64,000 nt of DNA. Source: Lytechinus pictus (taxonomy: Eukaryota). The stretch is from the NCBI RefSeq assembly GCF_037042905.1, contig NC_087247.1:44516001-44580000 (forward strand), read 5' to 3'. Both the position numbers and the translations under genes were made by a program. Positions within the stretch are counted from its first letter, which is position 1, and each line of letters opens with the position of its first letter. This document shows positions 36,283-49,983 of the stretch, in pieces. The notes below the pieces were generated by a model. It ran no database searches. It was not told where the DNA came from and saw only the letters and a list, made by a program, of their open reading frames with translations.

Positions 36283-38295
36283 TGCAGACTTGAAGTGGGG
36301 CTATAAACGCAGCCATTTAGTCTGTCCTTAAAAGAGACAACGTCCCCAAAGGAGCTCAATAACACAATGGATTTCTCAGGCACGGTTATAGGAGGGGGCT
36401 TTGGGGACTGAACCCCTCCCCCCCAAAAAAAAAATAATAATAATGCAGAATTTCACGCAGCTAGTCAAGTGCTCATTAAAGCTTTTACTATTCAAATTCG
36501 AATATTTTCTCGCTTGGTCGCTACACGTTCCCTCGCAAAATAACATCTGAATATTAATGCCCTCTTAAAGTGCGAGTATCAATTGTCCACTGTTAATACA
36601 TTGCCTTTTTGTTAAATTCCCCCCCCCCCCATTTCACCCACCACGAATATAATAATACTAATGCCGTAAATTTTTAGTTTTAAACCTAAATTTATCTATA
36701 TTTTGTCGAAAGCACGCTGAATGTTGTAATTCTTTAGGATATATGTTTCTTTTTTCATGTTTAGAAAATGGCTCGGTCACTTTATTCTCCCTGACCGAAA
36801 CTTAAGTTATTTAAAAACATCTGTAGACTTACAAGTGTAGTTTAGAGTGAGAGATGTCGATCCAATTCGGATGGGGTGAAAAAATATTCAAAATTTTCGC
36901 CAAATTGACCATATTCTTTGTTTGATAATATTTTTTATGTTAAGTGCTTTCCAATGCTTTTTCAAACATTTTTTTAATTGCACATTATGCAGTTTTCAAG
37001 TTTTAAAATTTTTGTGGGAGGGGGATTAATATGCTCCCCAAATATTTCATCATGAGGGCCATCACCCCCTGTCATTAATGATCGACGCCTTTGTTTAGAG
37101 TGACTTGACTCTATTCTCTACAATACTCTATTGTGAAATAAAGAATTGAAATAAAGTATTGAAAATTGAAATTGTGTAGACCACTGATATGCTGTACAGG
37201 GCAGCGATGCGGGTCATGTTCTTTGCAGCCCTTCTATGTGTTGAGTAGGTCTGTCACATTCAGTAATTTAAAGATGTAGATGTACATTTATTTGGACTCA
37301 AGTTCATAACAAAGTTCTCCAAATGATAGGTTTCGCTTAAAAAATTATTTCCCCGGAGGCCACATTCCCTCGTTATATCGTTAAGGGGCGGGGAGTCAAA
37401 AGTCTCTAAAATTTGAAAATATCGCTCTTGAAATTAGGATTTTTTTGCTCGTTCACTAGGCTCACTCACATACTAAAACAACTGCAGATAGTAACAACAC
37501 AGGTAACCTGCCTGATAACCAGTCTTGTTCAAATTGTCGTGAAGTGAAATCATATGCTCTGATGGTGGTATAGACATCGAGATTAAATAGTTTTGAAAAC
37601 ATTTTAAAGCATTTTGCATGTTATTTTTTTCTCGCTTGGTCGCTACACTCCATCGCATAATATTCTAAATATTTTTAAGCGGTGGGGGGCAGCTGCTTGG
37701 TTAGTATAGTCTCCCATGTACAATATGCTGTCCATGATATGGCATTTTCATTGTATTCAGTAAACCAACGACGAAAATTTCTCAAGACCCCGGAAGCCCC
37801 AAAAACTTTTAGTCCGCGCCTTGGATTTCTGACCATTTCCCATGTTACTAAAGCCTTTGTGGCCGTTAAACCTTCACCTGTCACAATTTATTTTGGGGGG
37901 GGCCGGAAAAGTACGGTGGTCATTTAACTGCATTGAAAACATAAATCTTTGTAGGGATTTAAAAAAAAAAAAATATTGTAGAATTAATGATTGAAGAAAA
38001 ACTAAAATATAGATTATGCTAGTTGGCTGGGAATGTATAGTCGGCATGTTAAGAGAAGAATGAGTATTATTACCCAAAATCGGAGTATAATGTAATAGAA
38101 GACTTACATCATTTTTGCAATAATAATAATAATTCATTCCATTTTAAAATACAATTTTTCGATCAGTCCGATCTGTTTTTCTCTTCTTTTTTCTTTTCAA
38201 ATGTGTACCATCCGTAACCAAAACCTGTATTTCAATAACTTCATCGATTAATCTTTCAAGGGTTTCTTTCTATTTCCCTCATGCTTCCCTAATTG

Positions 38296-38394
38296 CCAAT
38301 GGTAATGTCAGATTCTAATGTATCTGCGCATGCGCGCTTGCCAGTGACATATCATTGACTACTCTACAAACTTGACCCGACGAGGTCATGACCT
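38296..38394. promoter_or_regulatory. Motif cluster: CCAAT, NRF1-type palindrome, nuclear-receptor palindrome
   Basis: gCCAAT (about 38296), TGCGCATGCGC (38325-38335), and TGACCC-gacg-AGGTCATGACCT (38373-38394). Confidence 0.3.
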
Positions 38395-39109
38395 TACGAG
38401 ACACTTACAATCCATCGTAGCATTTTGGTTTCTCGTCCCACCCTTTCTTTATGCTTCCAAACTTATTTATCGTGCAGTCAGTAGGTGGTTAATGGTGTCT
38501 ACTTCGTGTATGTGTTTGCAGGCAAATGATTATGATAATCATGGAAATATAATCTTTAAAAAGACAATAGTTCAAAATCAATCATGTTCTTTTTTTCAAG
38601 TACTTCGCCTTCTCTAAAAAAGGTTTTGAAAAATAATCCGAAAAATATGGCACACCTATACTAGGTTTAAAATCCAAGGTGAAGGAAGGTGAAGGAAACA
38701 TGGCTATGAAAATGAAAAGGCAAAATTTGTTTTTTTAGGTAAAATAATTACTGCAATCATCATTTTGCAGTTATATCTGGTTACAATAACTTTTACGATT
38801 TATTACGTGTTTATGATTGATTAGCGAGTTAGACAATTAGATAGAAGACCATCTCTGTCATCATCTTCGAAAACCTTTAAGAATTATTTTCAATAATTTT
38901 ATCAATTTTGTGTAATGTCCCCATATAACACCAAAACATATACGAGTCTATGAACTGATGTGAAGAAAAAAAAACGCAGTTGGAAAAAATTATAAACAGC
39001 CGGCTAACCAATCAAAATAGTTCTTAAGAATTCGCATTTATTTTTAAGACTTGTTGTTTATGACATTTCATTGTTGTATGGGGAACATGCCAGTAATAAC
39101 TATTTCAAA

Positions 39110-39255
39110 GCTCACTTGCTCAGTATATAATGCACCTGGATGGCGAGTGCCAAAATGTGGACGGACGTCTTGTCAAAGAAAGGCCGATGTGGGATTCGAA
39201 TACCCGACCTCTGCTTTTAAGTCATTGGTCAGAACCACTTCACTTCATGCTTCTT
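39110..39255 (-). mobile_element. Degenerate tRNA-derived SINE
   Basis: B-box complement gggattcgaa, and cacctggatggcgagtgccaaaatgtgga resembles the body of the 21577-21834 SINE. Confidence 0.5.
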
Positions 39256-40442
39256 CACAATATATGATCTTATTGTTTTAGAATGAATATCATGACTTAA
39301 ATTCAGATTTTGTCTACAAATTAAAGGTTAGTAGACATGCTGTGAGCTCTTACCATGAAGTGCTTCCACTGCAACTTAATTTTGACTGCGAAGCTTATAT
39401 TATTTTTAGAAAAGGGGGTTTAACGTAGTCAAACCATATTTTTTCCATGAAGCAAACCTCTATAAAACTATAACAAAAAATCTATATCTATACATCTCCT
39501 GTTTTTTAAATGAAATAGCCCCAATAAATCGTACTCATTACATAAAATATTAATGGACATTTTCATCTTTTAGAGAGGACATCCTAGAATGAAGAAGCAG
39601 TAAGCGGTAATTCATTGTACTTTGGCTGCCTCCGCTGGCAGCCAGTGACTCGTCTTGATTGAAGGGGCGGATTTAAATAGCAAACAACAATGTTTAACGA
39701 ACAATGGTTGAACTACGTGAACATGATGTTCTAATTGTAATCGACATCCCAGTCAGAGTTCAAAAGAGAAGTGAGAGTTACGCTGCTGAGGTGCCAAAAA
39801 TAAATGCATTTAGTTTATTTTCCTCTTTTTCCATAGTGAGGGGAATTATGGTATCAAACAACATTATCCAAAATGCAGTTGATCTTATTTTGGGATTTTG
39901 GCGAGCGAACTTGTTGATAATGATGTGCCAATTAATAATACACACACGAACTTTGTTTAAATAATAATGATAATCAGTTGAAAAAACACACGAATCAAAT
40001 CATTTAGGCCTAAGTGCTGATGCCCTAAAAAATCATTTAAATAAATATTCCGTCATTTCACTTTATAAATGGTTTTATAAATGCTACTACCTATCGATTG
40101 CAATCCATGAAATTAAACGTTGTAAAATCATTCTACCCGACATTGTAATACTTGACATAGAAATATCCCCGTATGCTACAGTCAATAATCAGCGATGCAC
40201 AACATATTCATAAGATAGACCTCGAAAATTCTTCCATGAACCTCCGAGTTTCCCGTAGCTGGGTCATTGAGACGACCCACTTGACCTACATCATGCCCAT
40301 TACAGCCCGCAAAACTTGACCGGTCAGTGTCGCCATAGTAAACATAAACAACATAAAAAATATTCAATTATGATTCACTAGTCATATTCATATTAAAGGG
40401 TTCTTGAGGCCTTGCCCCACATTTGAGTTTGCTTTGAGTTAA

Positions 40443-41040
40443 AGGACAAGTCCACCCCAACAAAAAACTTATTTGAATAAAAAGAGAAAAATCCAACAAG
40501 CATACCACTGAAAATTTCATCAAAATCGGATGTAAAATAAGAAAGTTATGACATTTTAAAGTTTTGCTTAATTTCACAAAACAGTTACATGTATATGCAC
40601 ATCCTGGCTGGTATGCAAATGAGGAGACTATGACGTCATCCACTCACTATTTTTTTTTTGTATTTTATTATATGAAATATGAAATATTCTAATTTTCTCT
40701 TCATTGTCAAGTGATACTACGATGAATGCAGCCCTGAACATGTGGAATTAGCATTGTTTAATAATATATGGTTCAGTCAAGTTGGTCCTTATTGTCAAAT
40801 CTATGAAAGATGAAATATTGTATAATTCAAACAATAAAAAAACAAAAGAAATAGTGAGTGATGGACATCATCGACTGACTCCCCTAGTTGTGCATATCAC
40901 TGTTTTGTAAAAAATAAGCGACTTTGAAATGTCATAACTTTCTTATTCTACATCCGATTTTGATGAAATTTTCAGCACTATGCTAGTTAGATTTTTCTCT
41001 ATTTATTCAAGTTAGCATTTTCCGGGGGTGGTTTTGACCT
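40443..41040 (-). mobile_element. Kolobok-type MITE (copy 2, inverted relative to 27184-27774)
   Basis: TTAA|aggacaagtccacc ... ggtggttttgacct|TTAA. It aligns along its length with copy 1 in reverse complement, and the ORF track gives near-identical pseudo-ORFs (27580+ and 40643-). Confidence 0.9.
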
Positions 41041-42349
41041 TTAAAGAGCTCACAAAACAGATGGTACAACATATAGTGGATCATGAGGAGATTAGTGTTT
41101 AAATTTGACAAACAATCATATGGGCCTAACCATGGTCATTAACACAATAAATTAATACACCACTACCCCTTTCAAAATAAAATAAACATTTAACGAAACA
41201 GTTTGAACCATAATATAACAGGATTGTATCTATACTGTAATCAACAGAGTTATTCTGATGTTCTGAGTAAGTACATGGCTGTTAAAGACTGCCTAATTTC
41301 ATACGTGTCAAGGAGCATCGTGGTACAGGGTCTACACATTTTTTGTTTTTTTGTGGGGTAATGATTGCTTTTATTCATCTGTCGTTTTACCATTTCCTGT
41401 CGATGTAGACATTATACTCATTCTCGACTATATGATTGTAAAATACATAAATCAGTATTCACAGCAAAAACCAAGTCTTCAAATCAAATGAAGAGGTTGT
41501 AAATAAGTGAGAGAAATATTGGGAGATTAATATATACATCCTGAATTAATATTCATTCATTCTGATAAACTTTTATCCTCTTCCATTTTCACAAAATATC
41601 ATTTTCAACATAAAATAGACGTATCCAGTATACAAGGTATACTGTAGCATGTATAAAAAACGGCTACTTGTGACTTTTGAATAGTAACAAATTAACATTC
41701 AATGTATGATCACAAATTCCAGCTGACATGGCTGATGCTGTTGAGTAATTTCATATCACACATTGGTTCTTTAATAAAATACAAAAAAAATATTGTCATT
41801 TCATTTTAATTTTTTGTTTCAATTCTGTCTTATTATCTCAGTGGTTTTGACGATTAGTACATGAGGTGGTGAAGAAATGTAAGAGTGAAACTTTTACTTT
41901 CAAAGAAAGTTTTAAAAAAAATTGTATATATATATATGTTTTCGAAATATTCCTCTGCATAAATTTGCAACGAATTTGATTAAATTACCTTTTAAAAGTA
42001 AAAAATAAAAGGGATGTTTTTCTATTCGATTCCAATATTATTTCATTTCACAATTCATAATAACGTTAATCATAAAATTTAAAACAACATTTTTTAAGTA
42101 TAATGCTGCCACTTGCATTATTTTATATTTATTCAGTTATCATGTCTCATATTAATTTTGATTACGAATCATTTTTCAAATTATTATCTAGAGTAAACAT
42201 ATAGTAATTATGCGAAATTACTTCTTATCTTGTGTGCAACAGGAAATTATGTTATCACAAAGATATATTTTCGAGGCTTTAGAATAAGAGACAATAAACA
42301 CAAAGTGGGAGATACTAAACATGGGAGACAAGACATGCACAGTTTTTAT

Positions 42350-43544
42350 CGTGTTTATGGCGGAATATAATTCATCACTGCACGATATAAAGATCTGGAA
42401 TAAATTATGATGATTTGTAATAACGACTGATTTAGGAGAAGGAGAGGGGTTAAAGTCGACTTCGAGGCAAACAACGCCGGGCTTATGTCAACGACATTAA
42501 TAAAAAAGGGCCGATTTTTTTTCTCGCATTTTAACCCCCTTCTGGAAGGGTCGTGGTTTTTCGTTTTTCTTCTTTTTTTTTTGCAATGCGGGTGAACATA
42601 CAAAAGTAAACGCAAACGCTTGAAGGGGGGGGGGGCTTTCATGATATCCCCCTCTCACTCACATCTCTCCCCTTCTATCCGCCTCTCTCTCTCTATATAT
42701 ATTGACGTACATTTTTTTTGTTTCTCTCATACACCACACCCAAATCCCTTCATCTCCGTCTCACCCGTTCCATCTGCCCCAAAACTGTGTTCCCATCCCT
42801 CTTCCTTTGTCATCCTCCTCTCTCTCCCCGCCCCTCCCTTTCACTCTCCCTCTCATCCACCTCCCTGTTATAAAATATCATTCAAAACAATGGTCATTTT
42901 TTTTCCTCATGTCCCCTCTTGCTCTCTCTGTTTGTTTCCATTTCTGGACCGTGGCTTAGACCCTTCCCCTTTACCATAAACTGTATAGACCGCCAACACA
43001 TTCGTGCTCTATGCACATGTTGCCCGTCTTAAGGCCTCCCATTCCGTCATTAATTCAAACCTGGTTGTCGAGGGTAAGTCATGATACAGTCTACTTCGAG
43101 AGACCATCCCAATCTTCCGAACATTGCCAAAGTCCTGAGAACATTGCATTTGGCGTCTGCTGCAACGTTATATGTTTTCAAGAGAAATTAGCGCGCCATT
43201 AATTGCAACACCTGGTGACGTACAGAGTGCGTTGTAAAGAGCTCTCTTTTGGGTTAATATTTAACCAAACAATTTCTATTAGCAGTTTCTGCTGAAGTGA
43301 GGGTGTATGTTTTCTCTTTATTTATGACGGCGCACTTGAAGATAAGGCTGAAACTGGCACGAGAAACTTAGTGGGAGAGAGACGAGGCGCCGTAACAGGG
43401 TCAAGATCACTCGACTAGCTGAGGTCCGCATGCAAGAGACGTGATTGTCTGTGAGCTGCACCTCCAAGAAAACGCGGGAAAGTTAGTGCCGAAATGACAC
43501 GAGAGGAGACATCTGTCCTAAGAGAGGCTTATCTACAGGTAGGT
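42350..43544 (+). promoter_or_regulatory. Candidate promoter and first non-coding exon ending at a splice donor
   Basis: Repeat-free and CpG-containing, with a long CT-rich tract (about 42645-42970). Motifs: TTTATGG (42354-42360), CCATAAA (42974-42980), TTTATGAC (43321-43328), TGACGT. A purine-rich segment ends in CAG|GTAGGT (donor after 43538). Confidence 0.4.
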
Positions 43545-46500
43545 CTTGGAAAACCTCCCCAATAATTTACAATATTATTTTATTCCACAGATATTAAGAT
43601 AATTTTTTGAATTCGTATTAAATGTAGTAATTTAGGCTCTCCCAAGTATATTTATTCTGGCGTTAAAAAATATTCCAATATTTTTGTCTATGACCATGAC
43701 TTATTTTTGTTATTAATAACTTTTTAGGCTTCGCACTTCCCATCAAACTTTTGCTTATAATCCTATTTTCCTGATGTTTTTCCCCTCTGATCCACCCCTC
43801 ATCTGTCAACTGAACGCCTCTAAAAGGCCATGGGCACACTATACATCACCATGCGGTAACAAGTATTCCAGCTATGCTCTGTGATCCCCTGTGGAAAATA
43901 AGACCCGTCGTATAATCTCTACCAGCGCGGCCTCTGCCCCGGTGATCATGATCATGGCCATGGTATAGGGGCCTATGATCACCTCAGTGACGACCTTTCT
44001 CTCTCTCCCTCTCTCTCTCTGTCTTTATTTCTTTTCATCTGTCATCAAATTAGTTCGTTTCTTTTACCGTGACCCTATAAGAAGCTTCCCAGGTTCAATT
44101 CGAGTAAGACCTGTTTAGATTTCTCGTATATAAGAAATGCATATGTATAAGATGATGCCATATCGTCTTTAAACTCCATTAGCGTTACACGGTGTATTTC
44201 AGTTCCTCTCTTTGTATTTTACACCTTATTTTGTTTGTAGTTTTCGACAAGAGAAAAGCTCTGCATTGCAAGTTGTGGCAAAACTAATAACTGCATTGTT
44301 TTAGAAACATAATTATGGACCAAGACATTTACTTTTTAGAACCATTAAGAACTGCACTTCTAAGAAAAGATGCGGGAGCGGGGACTTTTAAGAAACGAAA
44401 TGATAATTATTATTAACAAATTAATGTTTTAAGTATCCCTATGTTGGTTCTCAAATTTTATCTGTCTCCAAAATTGTCTGTATCCCTTGTGATTATATCG
44501 TGAACGTACATGCTTGTAATTCATATGACATTGCAAACTTTAAAAAAGTGATTTACCAAGGTCTGCTCTCTATCACGAAGCTTGAGTTCAAATATGAATC
44601 CAAGGGGTATGAATGCATTTAATTGTGTACCTTTATGTACCGTGCTAGGAAGATCCAAATTTGAACGTTATAATCGTAAAATGTTATCGTTACTTTGCAA
44701 GATGCAACTTTACACTTTGATTTAGGGAGTAATCTTACAACCTATGAGGTGCTGCTATAGTGTTTCAGTTTCATGGTACGAACCTGTATCTTTATCATGT
44801 CTATCCCTTGTAGTTGAGCAAAAGTTAAAACTCAGTAGGATGTGTATGAAAAATGGTACAGACACAAGCTTGCAAGCACTCCAACAAAAAGTCAGTTAGG
44901 TCGGTCAATGGTTTTCCATTTAAAAAATGTATAAAAATCGTTGGGTTCAGTCATGTAAGTGTTTCGAAAGACATTATTAACAATCTGTAAAAATAGATAT
45001 TAAATGATAGCAAGACTTGCAAATGCTCCTATACTTTTTTAAATTCATGTTCAATTTAAGGAAAATAAAATACCGTTCACTAAATACTGCGAAATTTGCG
45101 AATAAGTGTTTAACAATAACGCTGATATTATTGTGGCTGACGTTGATGCGGATAAAAGGGAATGGGTGAATATTTGCCATCTGCACTGATAGAGCTAAAG
45201 GCGTACAATAAATTGTATTGTATAAACAGGGAATAATTTCCGGTGTGAAGATACAATTATATCTACCGTTATACAGATGGAGTTAGAGAGTGAAAAAAAA
45301 GATCAACATGAAACTAGAAAATATATATTGTGATGCCCAAATTGGCAAAATACATCATTTAACATAACTATTATTGCTGTAGCTGATAGCAATGGTTTAT
45401 TAATAAGTAAAAGTGCTGTTTTTCTTTCAAAATACAATCTTGCCCAACATTTTCACGGCATAGGAACAAGTATTGGAGTCCACTCATCAGCTCATTTCTT
45501 GGTAAGTATATAAAGGTAGGGCATATACTTTCAATTATAGATAGAAATAGAGCAATCTTCTCTCGTACTAAGTAGCCCCGTAAGTAGCGTAGAGACAGTA
45601 CGCCAGACGGTGGCCTGTACTTATAGAGAAGAAGAAGAAGAAGATATAAAAACATGCCATGTGGATCTATTATCTACCATCAGCCATCTTTGTTCATCAT
45701 AATTTCGTCATATCTTAGATTACTCATAATAATAATAATATTGCCCCGCTACTACAAGTCCAACGCACAAAGGAACCTAATACATGTAAAACATGGGGCG
45801 TTTCCCTGTACATGACCGCTACCCGTGCGTGGTGTGAGCTCTGTGCCTGTGCGATGCCAAGTCCTACATCTGGCCAACCATCGAGGGCTTACGTTCCTTC
45901 TCTCCCGGGAGTACTCGGGCGATCACGTTCGTTAGATGATGGCGGATAAAGTTCTACACTGTATAGGGTTCAGTGGAAAGGGCTTGCTAGATGGAACGAC
46001 ACGGAGCTATATTTTGTAACATGATGTTTTTTTTTTGGGGGGGGGGCGAAGGTCCAGATCATTAAGTAATGACAATAATTTATGTGTACATTGCACATTA
46101 ATTTTTATCAATGGCCTAGTACAACACAATTTGAAGAGAGAGGATTATTTAGCCGAGTATTGATGCATCTATTACACTATATGGACAACATAATATAACC
46201 ACATAAATATATTTAAGAGGACCGTTCATTATTATATCGAAAAACATACAGCTTCGATATTGTTTCATAAGTATATTGTGTGGAATCAGGATTTTTGCCA
46301 TTCCTAGGCCTACTAGTCGATGTTTTCTTTTAAACACATTTCACCGTTAATGCTGACCAGTCGAATTCCTACATTAAATAAACACGTATATCAATGCTGA
46401 CCATAATAAACTGATAGAAACGATGCTCTATGGGCTATAATAATTTGATGATTACATTAAAAGTTATTTATTTGTCTAATCCAATGCAATAATCATTTTC

Positions 46501-46822
46501 TTATGGTTACACAGCGCTGCACATTTATTTGTTTTTGTGGGTAACATGTTTTATTAGTATTTTTGTCAACTCTAGCTCATTTATTGTGCGAACTGTGCTC
46601 TCACCTTTGACCAATTTCATAAGTTTAACACATCTCTCGTAAATATATTGATTTTATTTGATGTCGTTTCATTTAACAGAAAATGAAAAATAATTTTCCA
46701 ACCCTAGCAATACCTGGGACTTTTCACTTATTGGTGTTGTAAAATTATGTAATTATGTGATTTGTCTTGCCCATTTATTAGGCAAAAATAAATAAGTTTA
46801 CTAATTATAATCATCTGTTAGC

Positions 46823-47092
46823 CAGTGACATAATGAGCCAAAAATTTCGAGGGGGCTAAATACGGCGTAGCGGGCAAAACTTATAAAAAGCGGCGGGCGG
46901 GAGAGCAAAAATTTCGATGTTTTTTATTTAAAAATCAATTTTGTGATAGATTTTGACATAAAATTCATAAAATAATAACACATTTCACTCTTATCTCTTT
47001 AATTTTCTTTCCTTTTCTCTCATTTTTTTTCTTGGTCGTTATTATTTGTTTTTTTTTTGGGGGGGGGCAAGCACCCCATCCGTACGCCACTG
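46823..47092. mobile_element. hAT-type MITE
   Basis: Termini cagtgacata / tacgccactg and a degenerate 8-bp TSD ctgttagc / cttttatc (6/8). Same family as the element starting at 63968. Confidence 0.65.
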
Positions 47093-49658
47093 CTTTTATC
47101 GACTGCATATTAATGGATTATCGGTTCCGTATGAGTTGAGGTAGCCATAGATAGGAACACATTCTTCTATCTTTGGTATAGGACGCTTATCATGTATGGT
47201 GGGATATGATAGGTTAGTCCATAATAGTGCTGCATTTCTAACATGTTAATTACACAAATAATTTCATCCTAGGTGTATATACATCTCTCTTTCATCATCT
47301 CTTTCATCTATGTCATGCATTCTTTGTGGCCGTGGTTAAATAAATTATTTGTGATTTGGGAGATCGTTTACCATACAACATGTATGGTTTTCGGTTCTTC
47401 GAAATGATTAGTTCAATACTTAACATCAATTCTGAATTTATTATGTACACTATCATTATATTGAAAGTTGTAGACCTAACAAAATTGAAAAAAGGCAATT
47501 TCAAACATCAAACAATATCCAATAAAGTTATTAGTAGAATGCCACGTGATTTTTATAAAGCTGAATGCAAAAAGACGTAGCAAACAGCCGCTTTAAGCCG
47601 AGTAATCATGTGATATTTATGACAGATCGTGCTTTATGATTGCAAAATCATAAAACTCTGGGCGTTAACGCTCGTTTTTCTATAATACGCACGAGTATAC
47701 TATGGCCAATAAAATATCGTTCTAGTACACACCCGACTAGACTATAAATCTCCTTATAGTTGGCCTACCCCCCCCCCCCCCCTTCCCCTTGTTTCAGATA
47801 TACTAAATTTATTTTGCCTTTATGCGCATTTTAGACCCGTGATGGTGGTCCAAAGAAAGCAAACACCGAAACAAACTGAAGTAAAACACAGAACGAGAGT
47901 AAATTTAAAGAAGACAACCCAACCATATATACAAAAGGTCAGTTCGATCTATTTTGCTACAATCTGCGCAGCTTCGCCCCCTTCATTTTCATGATTTCCC
48001 TCACTATTTTACCTAAGAGAATACCTACATGTATAAAAACCACTTATTTCTTGATTTATGATTAGCTATGGAAGCGAAAGAATGGTCGGTATTTGTCAGG
48101 ATGTAATTTTGCGTATAACATTTCATAGTTACACGGTTACACGTAACCGCCGCTGTATGTTTGGGGTTTCACTCTTCACAAATCAACAGTATGCAGAATG
48201 TAATATTGTTTTATGCATTTTGTTTACTTTAACCAGATCATACGCCTTTTCGTTTCTTAACAAACCTGAGGTTGTTCAGCCATCTTTCTTTCATCCCCTT
48301 GCTATATTCGCCATCTTTTTTAACTAAAGAAACCTAATACATTTTGCAGCCACACTCTTGTAACAATGGAGGCCATTTTCGATGTTCATGACGAATAAGA
48401 AAAAAAAAGTTTTGATGAAGAATATGATTGAAGAGGGTCCAAACGTTACCCAAGGGTATGATAAATCTAGGACTCTCCTGCCGACATCGTTAATCATCAC
48501 CAAGTTCATTTGCTATAGGGCCAAGGATGTTGTACACCAGTCATTATACTCCTTTCACTGCCGGGGTGTATATCTACACTATTTTTCTACAGGATCCTGA
48601 AAGGGGGAGGCTGTTATGAATACAGATGCAAATACCTTTGTTGAAAATCTACAACAAAAATATTGACCATGTTGACAGAGAAACATATAAAGATCTTGCA
48701 AGTTCAAAGGATTTTTATTTTTGTTGCTTTATGGTTACATATTGCAACGGGATGGAGGAAACTGTTGTTGAAGATTTACATCTAGATCTCCAAGGACATA
48801 TTTCTGGCAATTTAGGTAAAGAATCTCATCTGATTTTTACATCCACTGGTTCCATTACATTAAAAATGCTATAAATATGGAGGATTTATATATAGATATG
48901 TACATGTATTTTTTATTACACAATTGCAAGCGCCTATTCAAATATACGGCCATAATCATTTCGATTCGCTCTCCCTGATAACACATACACCATACGACTT
49001 CTTTACTCTTTTCCTTTTCAACCCCGCTCGAAAATCGCCTCGAATTTGCATTTTTCTTTTGTTGTCATATTTATTTACAATGAAAGTGTTATTGTCGAGC
49101 ATTGTCGTTTCAATTAATTTTGATATAGCTTTCTATTTTGTTTATTTTTCTTGAAATATTACGAGTGTTTTATCTTTATTTTGTGTACATATACTCTCTT
49201 GACAAGCTTGACGAAATAAAGGCATTACATACTCAGATCGATATTGAATTTGATATCATAGTCTGTTATGAAGTTGAAATTCTTTCTTAAAACAATTATT
49301 TCATTTTAAGGCTTATGATTATTCTTCTTACTGAAGTTTATAATATTTTCCATGCATAAGACAGTTTCAGACGATTATTTAATTTGAAAGTTTCAATGGT
49401 AAGAAGTAAACCCTTAAGCCCCATGTGTTAGATTTCTCATGTGCCTATCTCTCAGGTTTGTCCATTTTTTATGTACCCAGATGGTGCAAAGGGCGAAAGC
49501 TAAAAGGAAGAAGGGATCATGAGACTTCTTCTGACCGGAAAAAAAGCTTCAACTGTATTCGTCAAACATGTCAAGGTATACTATGATGGGTGTATATACT
49601 GTGATCAAATTATAACGGGCACATTATTTGAAACTGTCGAGTGATTTAAAACAATTAG

Positions 49659-49661
<3 letters not shown>

Positions 49662-49698
<37 letters not shown>

Positions 49699-49918
49699 AT
49701 AAAGAGGAAATGCATTCTACTAGTTCCAACAGAGTGTATTTCCAAGTCCAAATTTTCGCCGTAAATCCCACGTCTCCTTCAGGGATACAATAAAGCTCAC
49801 AATCCCTGGAGAAGACGTGGGATTTACGTCGAAAATTTGGACTTGGAAATAAACTCTGTTGGAACTAGTATAATGCATTACCTCTTTGCCTCTTTATAAC
49901 ACGCGAAATGTAATATCG

Positions 49919-49983
<65 letters not shown>
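49662..49983. mobile_element. Penelope-like element terminal remnant: 86-bp inverted repeat with degenerate hammerhead motifs between (TA)n tracts
   Basis: Arms 49701-49786 and 49802-49887 differ at 6 positions. The arm consensus atccCTGAAGAagacgtgggatttacgtcGAAAatttgga fits a minimal type I hammerhead. (TA)n lies on both sides. Confidence 0.65.

Noticed and set aside
43507-43546. Small hairpin with tctacaggta resembling a miR-10-family/miR-993 3p arm
   Set aside because: The stem spans only about 40 nt and has no ACCCUGUAG 5p arm. It is better explained as a splice donor.
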